Source: Botryllus schlosseri (taxonomy: Eukaryota). Taken from it: 60,000 bases of DNA. Positions 14,216 through 25,400 of the stretch are shown in pieces. Position 1 is the first letter of the stretch. The number at the start of each line of letters is the position of its first letter. Below the pieces are notes generated by a model that worked only from the letters and a program-made list of their open reading frames with translations, was not told the DNA's origin and ran no database searches. The position numbers were made by a program, and so were the translations under genes. The stretch spans positions 3,288,001 to 3,348,000 of the forward strand of contig CM119371.1 of NCBI GenBank assembly GCA_051294905.1. The letters run 5' to 3'.

Positions 14216-14616
14216 TGTATAATACTACTCGATTGTGCGTGCTTTAGTTTGATTTGACAGTAATGAATGAATGTATAAATGTGTATACTTGTGATTCTTG
14301 TTGTGGTTGTGAACAGCAGACTATTCTGTAGGTGCGAAACAGCGGTATACAAGGTGCGAATAATCCGATCTGAAAGTACTATTCAGGTTACGTAGAAATC
14401 AATAGACACAGCGCGAAAAGACTTGAGACGATCGGTCGTTTGTCACGACTAAACTACATCATATATAATAATTTACGATATACACATTAACAAAGGTACA
14501 TTCACATGACTATTCATCTGGTACATATTCAACACCGTGCCGCCGCGCCTATACCCACAACGTTAGTCAAATCATCTCTACCTGAAAGGATTACCGTGCG
14601 ACCACAAGACACAAAT

Positions 14617-15272
14617 AGCCGCATGCCACCCCCGCCATAAGACAAAAGAGCCGCTTGCCACCCCGGATTTCCCAGCCGCATGCGACCCCCGCCGTAAGAC
14701 ATAAGAGCCGCATGCCACCCCCGCCATAAGAATAACGATATATCATTGTCGTACTCACCGTAAACGTTGGGATTAACTCGAATCAGTCATATTTAATAAT
14801 TTGTAATGTACACATTAACTAAGAATCAATCACGTGACTATTTACTATTCCTGATACCTATTCAACACAGCGCGAGAGTTGACTAGACCCGAAAGGGCGA
14901 TTCATGACCGCACCCATAAGAACACATGGCGAATCACCAGAGACCCCGTAAGAATACATGACAGACACATCACCGACGCAGCCTATACCTGAAAGGGTGC
15001 TGTCACCAGAGATACCATAAGAGACAATGGCACATCACCAGAGATCCCGTAAGAATACATGACAGGCACATCACCGACACAGCCTATACCCGAAAATACG
15101 ACTCACCAACACGAGTTTTCACGGCACATCACTGACGCAGCCTATACCTGAAAGGGTACCATCACCAGAGATCCCATAAGAACCCATGGCACCTCACCAG
15201 CGGAAGGGGGGGTCAAAAGGGTGCCATCACCAACACGAGTTTCGCGGCACCTCACCAGCGGGCCCTATACTA
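14617..15272 (-). repeat. Modular ~26-36-nt tandem arrays in the putative retroelement 3' UTR
   Basis: About 4x AGCCGCATGCCACCCCCGCCATAAGAC (14617-14732). About 11 TCACC-anchored modules at 14934-15272 (types TCACCAGAGATCCCATAAGAA, TCACCGACGCAGCCTATACCTGAAAGGGT, TCACCAACACGAGTTT). Confidence 0.9.
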
Positions 15273-15330
15273 CCCCATGTTAAAAAGCGCGTCATGCGAG
15301 CGATCTACTATACTACTGGCATTCGCATTT

Positions 15331-18300
15331 CTATCCAATTCTTTGTTCTTCTTTGGACATGAAGGTAGATATTTTTTCAGTCCATTTCTTTATTTCTTTG
15401 TTCTTCTGGGTATTTTCGTGCAGCTTGAATCTCTGCAACAGTTTCCCCAGGATTTTCTTGATTGCGTTTCTTTTCCATTTCTTTTCTTCCTCCAAATACA
15501 CATTTTCGATGTCGAGGTGTTGTTTTTGTGTCAACACCGTTCTTTTGTAGATTGATAACAATGTCAAGCCATCTGAATTCAGCTTGTTCATTAATATCAT
15601 TTCTCTTTTTGCAGGTGACAACTCCAGGATTCTCTCTACGCCTCTCAGAACAGCTAACGTCACTTTGCACTCGGCGAATACGTGGTCTACCGTCTCCTCT
15701 TTTATTTTGCAGTATTTGCATTTGTGTTCTTCCATTTTCCCTTTTATTATTTTTAGCATTCCACGTCTTTTTTTGTTCGTTCCAAAGTTGTATCCGTCTT
15801 GTGCTATTCTGTAATTAATGATCTTTTCTTTGTTTGTTGGTTTTACCTCTCTGTTTTTCTTTGATTTTTTAAGTCCTAGCCAATTTGTGTTTGTGATCGT
15901 GTCTTCCTTTTCTTCACACATGTCTGTTAATGTGGTATATATTATTTTGAAGTCGGCTTCTTGAAGCTGTTCTCTTCCCCACTTCAGCTTTTTGTATCTT
16001 TTCAATGTTATGGCCCAATCTTTATTTGGTATATTTTTGTGCGGGGTGCTGTTGGTGTACAGTTCCGGATTGATTTGGTTGATTTTTGTTCCTAATTGAT
16101 ATAATGCATGTTTTTGCCAAAATTCTTCTGGTTTGTCAATATTAGCTAAGTCTCTCATCTTCATTATGTCGCTGGTAGTGTCTTTCCATATTGGGAATGG
16201 GATTGCCATGCCTCCCTTTTCTTTACTTGAGGCTATAGTTTATTCCTGGATATCGTTTCCATCTTTTCTGGATGATAAAGAAACTCAAAGAACAGTTTGT
16301 TTAGTTCTTTTGTTTGTTGTTTCCCAGGTGGATACACTCGCGCCACATACAGAATCTGCGAGGTTGCCAAGCTGTTAAGCACATTCTTTTTACCAATCCA
16401 GGTAAGGTCTCTTCCCTGCATAAGTTAAGTATGTTTTTAACTTTGGCTATTTTTCTCCTCCACATCTCTTCTTCGTTCTTCTCTCCTAGGAGGAGTCCCA
16501 GTACCTTAATTTGTTCATGGTAGAACTCGTTAATTTCTGGGTTTCTCCTCCTTTTCTTCGCTTCCTTATTTGTCGCAAGGATTTGTGTCTTTTTTTCGTT
16601 AACTTTCTGGCCCGTAGCCTTTTCAAAGTCCTGCAGATGTTGCAGGATTTTTATTATAGATTCCTCGTCTATTACTGTTGCTGTCAGGTCATCAGCGTAC
16701 TGCTGCATTTTCGTTTCACCTTGGTTGCCTATCGAAACACCTTTTATATTTTCGTCTTTTATTATTTTTCTAATCAAAGGGTCTGCCGCAATGGCGTACA
16801 GTGACATACTCATTGGGCAGCCCTGCCTTATTCCTCTCTTGATTTTAATTGTCTGCGATATCTTTCCATTTGCCACTATATTGCTGGTTGCTTTTTTATA
16901 TGTCGTTTCGATGTATCTGTGGAGTTTTGTTCCAAGATTCAATGTTTTAATCAATTTCATCAAATATTCATGATTTACCATATCGAAAGCCTTCTCTTGG
17001 TCAAAACTGGCTATGAATAAGGGCTTCTTCTTATACTTGGTGTAATCAATGGCTGCTTTAATGTTCAAGGTGGCATCGTGAATGTAGCGTTGGTTCACGC
17101 TGCATTTTTGGCTTTTGTAAATGATGTTAGGCATAATCTCTGACAGTCTTCTGTTAATTATTTTGGATAGGATCTTATAATCCGAGTTGAGCAGTGTCAA
17201 CGGGCGATAGTTTCTAAGTTCTTTGCTATCTCCTTTTTTGTAAATCATTTTAACTATGCCCTTTGTCCAAGATTCACATAGTTGATTAAACAAAAAGGCA
17301 TTGTTCATGACTTCTGTTAGTTCAGTCTTAATCAATTTCCAAAAGGTTTTATAAAATTCAGCATATAGTCCATCGCTGCCTGGCGATTTCCCACTCTGCA
17401 TTCTATCGATAGCCTCTTTTATTTCATCTTCAGAAATGGGACCGTTAAGGATATCCCGTTGTTCTTGTGTTATTCCCACATTCTTTACTTCTTCCACAAA
17501 TTGGCCTTGTTTGTGCCTATCTGTTGTTGGTTTTCTACCCCATAAATTTTGGTAGAAATTTGTTATTTCTCCCATTATTTCATTTTCATTGGTTAGCAAG
17601 TTTTGATCTTCGTCTACTAATTGTGCTATGTTTTGTTTCTCTATCTTGTATCTCAGTCTTTCAAAAAATTCTTTACTTGGTTTTTCGTTTATCTCCCTAT
17701 CATTATTACCTGCTTGTATTAATGATTTTTTGAAGTCTTCTTTCTCTAGATCTCCTAGTTCTGAAACTAATTCGTGAAATTCTGCCGAATTCCTTTCTAC
17801 GTTATTTATCTTGTTTGTTAGAATTCTCATTCTTTTTTTCCTTTCCTTGCTTAGTTCTTTTCCGTTTCTTAATAATACGTTCTTTATTTCTGTTTTTATT
17901 CCATCCCACCACTCAGTGATGTGACTGGTCGTTTTTTTCTGCTCTGCATATAACTCGTATATTTGTGTTATTTCAGACCTAACCGCTTTATTCTTGTATA
18001 ATTCCACATTATTTTTCCATATTCCTGGACCCCATTTGGTTGATTCGGGTTTCCTAATTGTCAAAATTCCCATGTATAAGTGGTCTGACATCAAATTAAT
18101 TTTATATTCAAATCCTTGTATTTCTTTTTGTACCTCTTTGGAGCAGTACACCCTGTCAATCCTTCTCTCTTGGTGGAATCTTTTAATTGTGTAAAGTTTT
18201 TTCATGGGGTGTCTGGTTCTGAAGACATCTATGAGGTTGTTTTCCCTACAAGTGTCCTTCCAACTTTTTGCTGCAGCGGTAGGTCTGTATTTGTCAACAA

Positions 18301-18793
18301 ATCGAGCATCTAGCTTGTGGCAGATCATGTTGAAGTCGCCACATATGACCTTTCTATTTATTTTAGTTTTCATTTTTCTATTAGGCACTTTAAAGAAATC
18401 TGTCTGTTGTTTGCCTACCTCTGCGGGGGCATACACGTTCCAGATCTCTATATTGTTGTCTTGGTTCTTTAAGCTTACTTTCTGTGCTCTATGCTTGACT
18501 ATTATTTTCTCTTCTATCTTGTATTTCTCTGCTAGCTTTTTTCTGACTAATATTGCTGTGCCTTGGTAGTACAGCTTTTTGTCATTTGGCAGAGCGATCC
18601 AAGTTTCTTTTTTATCTATGCAGTTAAAATATATTATGTAGTTCAATTTGTCGCATCCCTTTTTTATCAATTCCTTGTCTAATTTATGCGTTTCTTGTAT
18701 ACACAGTATGTCTAATTTCCTCTTTTCTAGTACTAATTTTAGCTTATTCCAACTTCTGTGCATACCATTTATGTTAATTGTTACGATCTTGAA
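15331..18793 (-). pseudogene. ORF2 pol: apurinic endonuclease + reverse transcriptase + C-terminal CCHC; two 1-nt frameshifts (about 16420 and 16237)
   Basis: APE motifs KIVTINING, LCIQETH, NVYAP, GDFN, RIDR, SDH, WGPGIWK. RT motifs KSPGSDG, YRPLTLLNSDYKI, DQEKAFD, GIRQGCPMS, QYADD. Continues as GRDLTWIGK, KEKGGMAIP and CKYC-x8-HVFAEC in the shifted frames. Confidence 0.93.
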
Positions 18794-18798
18794 TTTAT

Positions 18799-19890
18799 TT
18801 ATTTGATAAGAGGGGTGAATCTGTTCTGCGTTGGCGTTGTTTGACCTTGTTGTTTAAATTTCGGTTGCCGATTATTTCTGTTCCTGTTCTTCCTCGCTTT
18901 TGAGGTGGACTGTTGCCACCTCTGCAAGATTTTTTCTTTTTCTTCCACAGTGAATTGTTTCACCACGGGGCTGTCACACTCGTTTTCAGCCTGTTTACTT
19001 CCCTTTTCCTCCTTCTCTCCCTCATCTGAGTCTGTGCCATCAGAAGACAGGTTCGGCAAGTATTCTATTTCTACCTCCTCTACAATTGTCTTTTCTTGGG
19101 TTTCGTTATTTTCGCTGTGTTTGGGTGCTTGTTTGACCGAGTCATCATCACTCAATTCTTCATCTTCCTCGCTCGATGTACTCTCGTCATCTTCTGGTTT
19201 TTGTACTGTTCCAGCCTTTTCAAGGCTATTTTTTTTTACTTTTTCTGTGTTCGTTTCATTCAGACGTGGAAAGTCTTCGTTTTTTCTTTCACACTCATTT
19301 TGTTTGTGTCCTGGTTTTTTGCAGTACCAACAGACTATCTCGTTAGAGCAGTCTTTTGTGATGTGGTCTTTGCCGAAGCAAAGGTTGCAGAGTTTTTCCC
19401 TTCCCAAAGGTTGGAAGACTCTGCACTTCACACCATCCACTTCCAACATTTCAGGAATGTTTTCCTTTATTTCGTCTTCAAGCTCGACTCGCCTGAAGCC
19501 GTTGTATATCGTCGTGCCCTTGTGGTGCACTTTTTCAACTGTACCAACTTTTCCGCAGTTTAAGGCCGATAATATTTCTTTTATTTCACTGTTTTCAACC
19601 TCAGTGGGGACTGCCCTGATGTTTATTGTGTATTTCTGGTTTCTGGGTTTGTACAGCCACACTGTATAACCTTCCGTTTTGATCATTCCTTTTGTTTTTT
19701 CCATTATCTCTGTCCTTATTTCCTCCGTTTCATAAGTTAGGTTGTATGCACGTCTGCCGTTTTGGAACAAGCCTTCAAGTTGTGCAATATTTTCTTTCAG
19801 TTGTTTATTTTCTGTTACCAGCTGAATCGCTTGTTTCAGTTCTATTTCTTTACTGAAGATTAAGTCGATTGATCTAGTTCTCCCTTTCAT
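18799..19890 (-). CDS. ORF1 gag-like nucleic-acid chaperone (RRM-like region + 2 CCHC zinc knuckles + acidic tail), 363 aa
   Basis: CNLCFGKDHITKDC and CWYCKKPGHKQNEC. INIRAVP...IYNGFRRV segment typical of Tx1-like ORF1. Lies directly upstream of ORF2. Confidence 0.9.
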   Translation of the reverse strand: MKGRTRSIDLIFSKEIELKQAIQLVTENKQLKENIAQLEGLFQNGRRAYNLTYETEEIRTEIMEKTKGMIKTEGYTVWLYKPRNQKYTINIRAVPTEVENSEIKEILSALNCGKVGTVEKVHHKGTTIYNGFRRVELEDEIKENIPEMLEVDGVKCRVFQPLGREKLCNLCFGKDHITKDCSNEIVCWYCKKPGHKQNECERKNEDFPRLNETNTEKVKKNSLEKAGTVQKPEDDESTSSEEDEELSDDDSVKQAPKHSENNETQEKTIVEEVEIEYLPNLSSDGTDSDEGEKEEKGSKQAENECDSPVVKQFTVEEKEKILQRWQQSTSKARKNRNRNNRQPKFKQQGQTTPTQNRFTPLIK

Positions 19891-20291
19891 TCTTGTAGCC
19901 TCTGACCGCTCTGTGGCTAGTTATATCAACAATGCCGCTAGACAATCAAAAAATTGGGAGACAAAGGAGTCCTTTGTTCCGTCCGATTGTCTATCTAAGC
20001 GCGGATCTTCTGTCCGCAGCCTGGAATTTGTAGCGATATTTCTATTTTATTTGGTATTTATTGGTCTCCACAAACTGTATTACGCTCGTATGTTGTTTAC
20101 AAGCGTCTATTTATGCTTTCTACTGCCAATTTGTCCAATTCTTCCAATACTCTAATCTGAATATCGGCGATTTCTATGCCTATGTAGCTGTCTGCTGTTG
20201 ACTTTACAACTCAGTTCCCTTGTAATATAATCGAGATTATTGACGTTATTGAAACACGTTTCAGCACATATTAGACTTGTTCCGAGTGCAA

Positions 20292-20378
20292 GATTTGAAT
20301 AAAATAGTATTTGCGGTGAGCACAACTATAATAAATAAACAAAGAATCGGTCACCGTAAATACTATTTTATTCAAATC
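20292..20378. repeat. 28-bp inverted repeat hairpin (probable MITE remnant)
   Basis: GATTTGAATAAAATAGTATTTGCGGTGA ... TCACCGTAAATACTATTTTATTCAAATC (1 mismatch). Confidence 0.75.
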
Positions 20379-21444
20379 CAAATTTTTCGACGGCAATAAC
20401 TCCGCTTCCACAGGTTGGAATTGAACCAAATTTGGGGAGCATCGTTTCTATAGACAGCCTAACACTTTCATGGGGTGAACAGAAAATTTTCAAATTTTTT
20501 ATTGTTCAATTTTATATAATAAATAGAAACTTTTTTCTCCTGTAGCAAAGCGGTTACTGGCTGGAATTGAACCAAATTTTGTGTGTAGGCCTAAATTAGG
20601 TAACCTAACAATTTTATAAAGTAGCCAGTTCCATTTGAGAAAAAATGTCATTTTTGAAGAGCCCTAGTGTGCAAGACATAACCGTTGGCCTGAGCTATCG
20701 CATCTGACCTCGTACGCAAGATGTCGCGTCGCCAGCCTCGCATGCTTTGGCTGCTATCTACTATCGTATAGAGGCAATACCGTTACTTGTATAATGATTA
20801 GCAATCGCATCTGTAATAGGCCTTGTGCGCAAGACGTCGTGTCGCTAGCCCGAACTATCGCGTCGCCAGCTTTGGCTGCTCGGTACTATCGTTTCGAGAC
20901 AATGCAGCAGTGTTGGGATGACTCGAGTCATGACTTGACTCGAGTCAGACTCGAGTCAACTTTTTGGTATGACTTGACTTGACTCGAGTAACTTTGCAAA
21001 AATGACTTGACTCTACTCGGCGCTTCAAAATTGTGGATTGACTCGTGACTCGAAGCAAAATTGACGAGTCAATTTCAAGTCATCAACTACACGGTGTCGA
21101 TTAAATCTGATTGTACGTTTCATTGATCCTCCATTGTTACATCACATATAAACTGAGCGCAAAGGAAATGATCGCAGCTTGCGTTGTTGTGACAGTAGTA
21201 GTAGATTAATCTTAGCAACGTATCGCTGTTTGTTAGACGGCTCTGTCCTGACATTTCACAGCGGTCACCTTTATCAACCCTCTTGTATGATTTGAATCGA
21301 AAGAATATTGTTTATGCGTTTATATTGCCACGGTATGTGTAGAGATGGTAAGGGTGTTGTACGATATCAATTTCTTTCAACTTCTCGAGGCTCCGTATTC
21401 GATCCTCTATTTTGGCTGATAACAACAGATTGTAGCATGTAGCT

Positions 21445-21847
21445 CAGAGTTGTCAAACTTAACTGACGTCGCGGGCTGGATTCAAATATTCAGATCACTC
21501 GCGGCCGCACCAGTCAAATGATTCCAAAATATTACCAACTCTTAACTCAATATAAGCACTTTTTCGCATTCTCGGAATCGGATGTCAATGTCAGCGATTT
21601 GCTCTTGAGTCCTGACTATGACTAGAAATGACTGGAATAGAACTCCGCTGTCGGGTGGTTAAGATGTGGCCTATTAACAAATTGAACATACTCGACATTT
21701 TCTGTCTTCAAGTAAGATTTATCAGTGTTTCTTACTACAAATTCGAGAAGTGTCCTGGATAAAATACACGCATATATCAATCCATACTCAGAATTGCTCC
21801 GCGGGCCGGATGAAATCATTTGACGGGCCGTATGTTTGACACCCCTG
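21445..21847. mobile_element. hAT-type MITE
   Basis: Degenerate TIR CAGAGTTGTCAAAC/GTTTGACACCCCTG, subterminal CGGGCCG motifs, flanks ATGTAGCT/ATGTATAG (imperfect TSD). Confidence 0.6.
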
Positions 21848-22026
21848 ATGTATAGTTATACAGTTTCCGACGTATTTTATTAGCAGTTATACGTGTGTGT
21901 GAGCGATACAACGCATTTTGACATGTATGATTGTTTAACTTCATATTCGTTATTTGATTCAAGATAAATGGCCAATCAATCTGTCTTTAACACAGCTAAC
22001 ATTATGTAGTGACTTTGAATGATCAC

Positions 22027-23668
22027 TAGGGTTGTCCATAATTTGGAAAATCTTACGAATCCTCCGTTGTAATGTCTTATTCTATAGATTATTGATAAAA
22101 AACGACACTGAGCCCGAAAGAAGCTCACAGGAAGGCCGTTAAGATTTCGTGCAAAGCGTTTGAAAGTTGCTGCTGAAGAATGGGCGTGCCACTGACCATA
22201 GAACGGCGAGAAGACTAGCAATCACAAAACCACGGCTCTTGATTGGCTAATCTGCTATGCTTCAATGACCACTACAGCAGCAGCAGCTTACTGTGTAGGT
22301 GATCAAAGAGTCTACTACCGGCGGCGATTCTGAATGCGCATTGTATGTAGGTTGACAGATAATGATTTAGGATTGATTCAGGATATGTTGAGGTACGAAG
22401 TACATGATGAACAAACAACAGCTGCTTCACAAAACGTCTAAAGCCAGACCGCTTTATTGTGAAGAAAACTGCCGTAGCCTATATGCCTTGTTTTCAATGA
22501 GGGAAAGCATAGGCGCTTATGCAAATAGTGACAGATTGCTAGTTTCAGAAAGGTTATATCATCATTGAATACAAAGATAAAGCTTAACAATGACACTATA
22601 ATTTGTGTGATCTTATTGGGCTCCGGTTGTAGTACATAATTGAAGTTTTGAATGCTCTAGGGATCGACTGAATCAGACGGTTAGGCTTGGCACTTATCAG
22701 ATGTTAACAGCAAATTGAATTCACTTGTAAGTGTTTTCAAAGTCCCGAATGATGCCGCAGAAACGAGGTTTAAATGCAAGCACAGACTATGCTTGATATG
22801 TTGTACAAACTATGCTGGATGCTATGCACTATGCGGCATTGTCTGTGCCTACCTTTACACCCCCTTTCTGTGCGATTAATAAGGACTTTGATATATCATG
22901 TCCAGCATAGTATGTGCTTACTTTTACACCTCTTTTCTGCGTCATCATCAAGGACTTTGACAACACTTGCAAGTGAATACATTTTGATGCAAGCATCTGA
23001 AAGGTGCCTAGTATAACCCGCTGATTCAGTCGATCCTTGGAGCTTTAAAAACTTCAACTATGTACTACAACCTGAGCCCAATAAGATCACACAAATTATA
23101 GTGTGATTGTCGAGCTATATAGTTGTATTCAATAATGATATATTCTTTCTGGAACTAGGAATCCGTCTCTACTTGCATAAGCGCCTATGCTTTCTCTCGT
23201 TGAAAACAAGGCATATAGGCTATGGCGGTTCCCTTCACAATAAAGCGGTCTGGCTTCAGACGTTTTGGTGAAGCAGCTGTTGTTTGTTCATCATGTATTT
23301 CGTACCTTAACATACCCTGAATTAATCACAAATCATTATCTGTCAACCTACATTACATGCGCTTTCAGAATAGCCGCCGGTAGCAGACTTCTTCATCACC
23401 TACACAGCAAGCTGCTGCTGTCGTAGTCATTGAAGCATAGCCGATTAGCCAATCAAGAGCCGTGGTTTCGTGATTGCTAGTCTTCTTGCCGTTCTATGGT
23501 CGGTGGCACGCTCATTCTTCGGCAGCTACTTTCAAACGCTTTGCACGAAATCTTAACGGCCTTCCTGTGAGCTTCTTCCAGGCTCAGTGTCGTTTTTTAT
23601 CAATAATCTATAGAATAAGACATTACAACGGACGATTTGTAAGATTTTCCAAATTTTGGACAACCCTA
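22027..23668. mobile_element. Foldback-like non-autonomous DNA transposon with ~650-bp inverted arms
   Basis: Termini TAGGGTTGTCCA/TGGACAACCCTA; 8-bp TSD ATGATCAC (22019-22026, 23669-23676). Arms about 22027-22680 and 23017-23668; ~70-bp tandem duplication in the spacer. Confidence 0.9.
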
Positions 23669-23964
23669 ATGATCACTCATACTTCGGAAATTCAATTTGA
23701 CTTGAATTATTGTGACTTGACTCGTGACTTGACTTGACTTGACTTGACTCGAGTCACCTTCGAAAATCGATTGACTTGACTTGACTCGAGTCAAAATGTG
23801 CAATGACTCGAGATGACTCGTGGCTCGAAGGTAGTGACTTGATCCCAACACTGCAATGCAGTTAATTGCATAATGATTAGCGATGGTTATGGCATCATTG
23901 TTCGACAGTGACATCGCGAAACAGAACAACATCGCATACTAAAACACAGCTATTCATGTACTGA

Positions 23965-24072
23965 ATGCAGGGTGCGTACTATACATTGGTACAGGCTTTT
24001 TCCCAGAATTTGCATGCCATTTTAAGGGTGCGTATTATACATGGGGGCGTACTATACTTGGAAAATTACGGT
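23965..24072. mobile_element. Right end of a Tc1/mariner-pogo-like non-autonomous element
   Basis: 3x GGGTGCGTAyTATAC repeats ending in AAAATTACGG|TA; left end not found. Confidence 0.45.
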
Positions 24073-25269
24073 ATATCTGCATAAACAAGCATAGCCAACG
24101 CATACGTGTGAATCAATTTTTAAGCAACCGGAAATGTGTCACAATAAGCGTAAAAACTTTGGTAAAGGTAACCACTGTATATATATATCCAATTCATTTT
24201 AATAATATCGATCACACGAATAGCAGCAATTAAGGATAACCTTACCGGTAGCTACGGCTGACGACGATGAAGGCCCATCAGTGATACCAGAATCTTCACA
24301 TCGACGCCTTTTCGCCATGATAAGCCAACTATCAGTAAATATTAAATTGCTCCTGTATGAGAAAATACCTAAAATCCAAGAACAGTAGTTACGCTTTTCC
24401 AAGAACTTCATAAGCATAAAATGTGGAGACTCAAGTCAGCAACTGCAAACAGACACAAATTTACCAGTCCCATTATCCATGTGAAATTCAATCACCGTTA
24501 AGGAACAAATCGCATCAAGTATCCAAGAAGCAAACAAATTTTTATATGTTCATGTCATTTACCAGGAGTCCAACTCCAACCTAGCGATCAGTAACCGTAA
24601 CAACTAAGCTTCTAGTTCAGGATTAATATTCCCGTAAAATTTAATAATCCCGCCCTAAAACCCACGGAAGAACTTATAAAATACTGGAACTGAACTTCAA
24701 AACCTATTATTCTCAGTGAACAGTTCTAGATCTGAAACTGTTTCAATTTGAACGGGCATATGATCCATTACTGGCAACCTGTCATTCCTCCTATGACTCT
24801 AAATAGCACTCCTGAATGTCAAGCCATACCGTTGAAATAAATGCTGGAATAATTCGACCAATCCAAGTGTAACTGCCTTGCCAGTCTGTCTCAACGCTGA
24901 TCAATTCAGAAGGTTCTCGTTCAAACGAATCAGACTAATTCAGATAATTTATACCACTAAGAAGCTGGTGTTCAATGAATATTTCACAACGTAGTTCAAC
25001 ACCTTGCACTGTAAAATGCGCCGCTTGATTAGCGAATTAGGCAAGACTATGCAATGGTGAGCGACAATAACACGGGTGAGTCAAGTATACGATCAGAAAG
25101 GAGACAGTAAGCATTCAACATGCAACACAACGGGGATTCTCTCTGTTAACATTGAGTAGTTCACATCACGCTAATTGTTTGTTGATTAAAACAGTGTTTT
25201 GGGCTACATTGCTGCATTTCTTGATTATCTTTTACCACGCCTTATTGGAAGAAGGTTACTATTCATATT

Positions 25270-25400
25270 TGCAGGCATATGCAGTAGGGCTCTTCAGTGT
25301 GCATATGAGGTTAATTTTTCTGCGTCGAGGACTGAATGAATTCCAGCGAAGGTATTGGCCTGTGAATGTCGGTTTCCTGAAAACAGACGTTTCATATTTG
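25270..25400 (-). pseudogene. Penelope-like element RT C-terminal fragment
   Basis: TSVFRKPTFTGQYLRWNSFSPRRRKINLICTL fits the PLE motif VYRKPTxTxxYLxWxSxxPxxxK. Confidence 0.75.

Larger units (their letters stand above)
14400..20250 (-). mobile_element. L1/Tx1-type non-LTR retrotransposon, near full length (ends approximate)
   Basis: ORF1 with two zinc knuckles followed by APE-RT-CCHC ORF2. No poly(A) or TSD found, so the boundaries are uncertain. Confidence 0.9.
20908..23853. mobile_element. Non-autonomous hAT-type element with GACTCGAGTC/GACTT subterminal repeats; hosts two nested insertions
   Basis: TIR CAGTGTTGGGAT/ATCCCAACACTG; 8-bp TSD CAATGCAG (20900-20907, 23854-23861). Related partial copies at about 31400-31800 and 34250-34832. 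Confidence 0.88.

Noticed and set aside
14340..14375. LTR end plus primer-binding site (…TATACA AGGTGCG…)
   Set aside because: No TGG PBS, no second LTR and no gag/pol in that orientation.
15110..15262. Hammerhead-like CUGGUGA...GAAA on the minus strand of the array
   Set aside because: The core deviates from CUGAnGA, and no consistent stems I/III or NUH site were found.
14934..15272. CRISPR-like reading of the TCACC-anchored array
   Set aside because: The constant part is only about 5-9 nt, the intervening sequences recur rather than being unique spacers, there are no cas genes, and the context is eukaryotic.
18853..18860. UUUAAAC slippery heptamer near the end of ORF1
   Set aside because: Wrong phase for -1 frameshifting from ORF1, and the -1 frame has a stop there.
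15277..19669. Many + strand ORFs overlapping the retroelement (e.g. 18905..19669)
   Set aside because: Antisense shadows of the A-rich coding strand, with low-complexity F/S/L composition.
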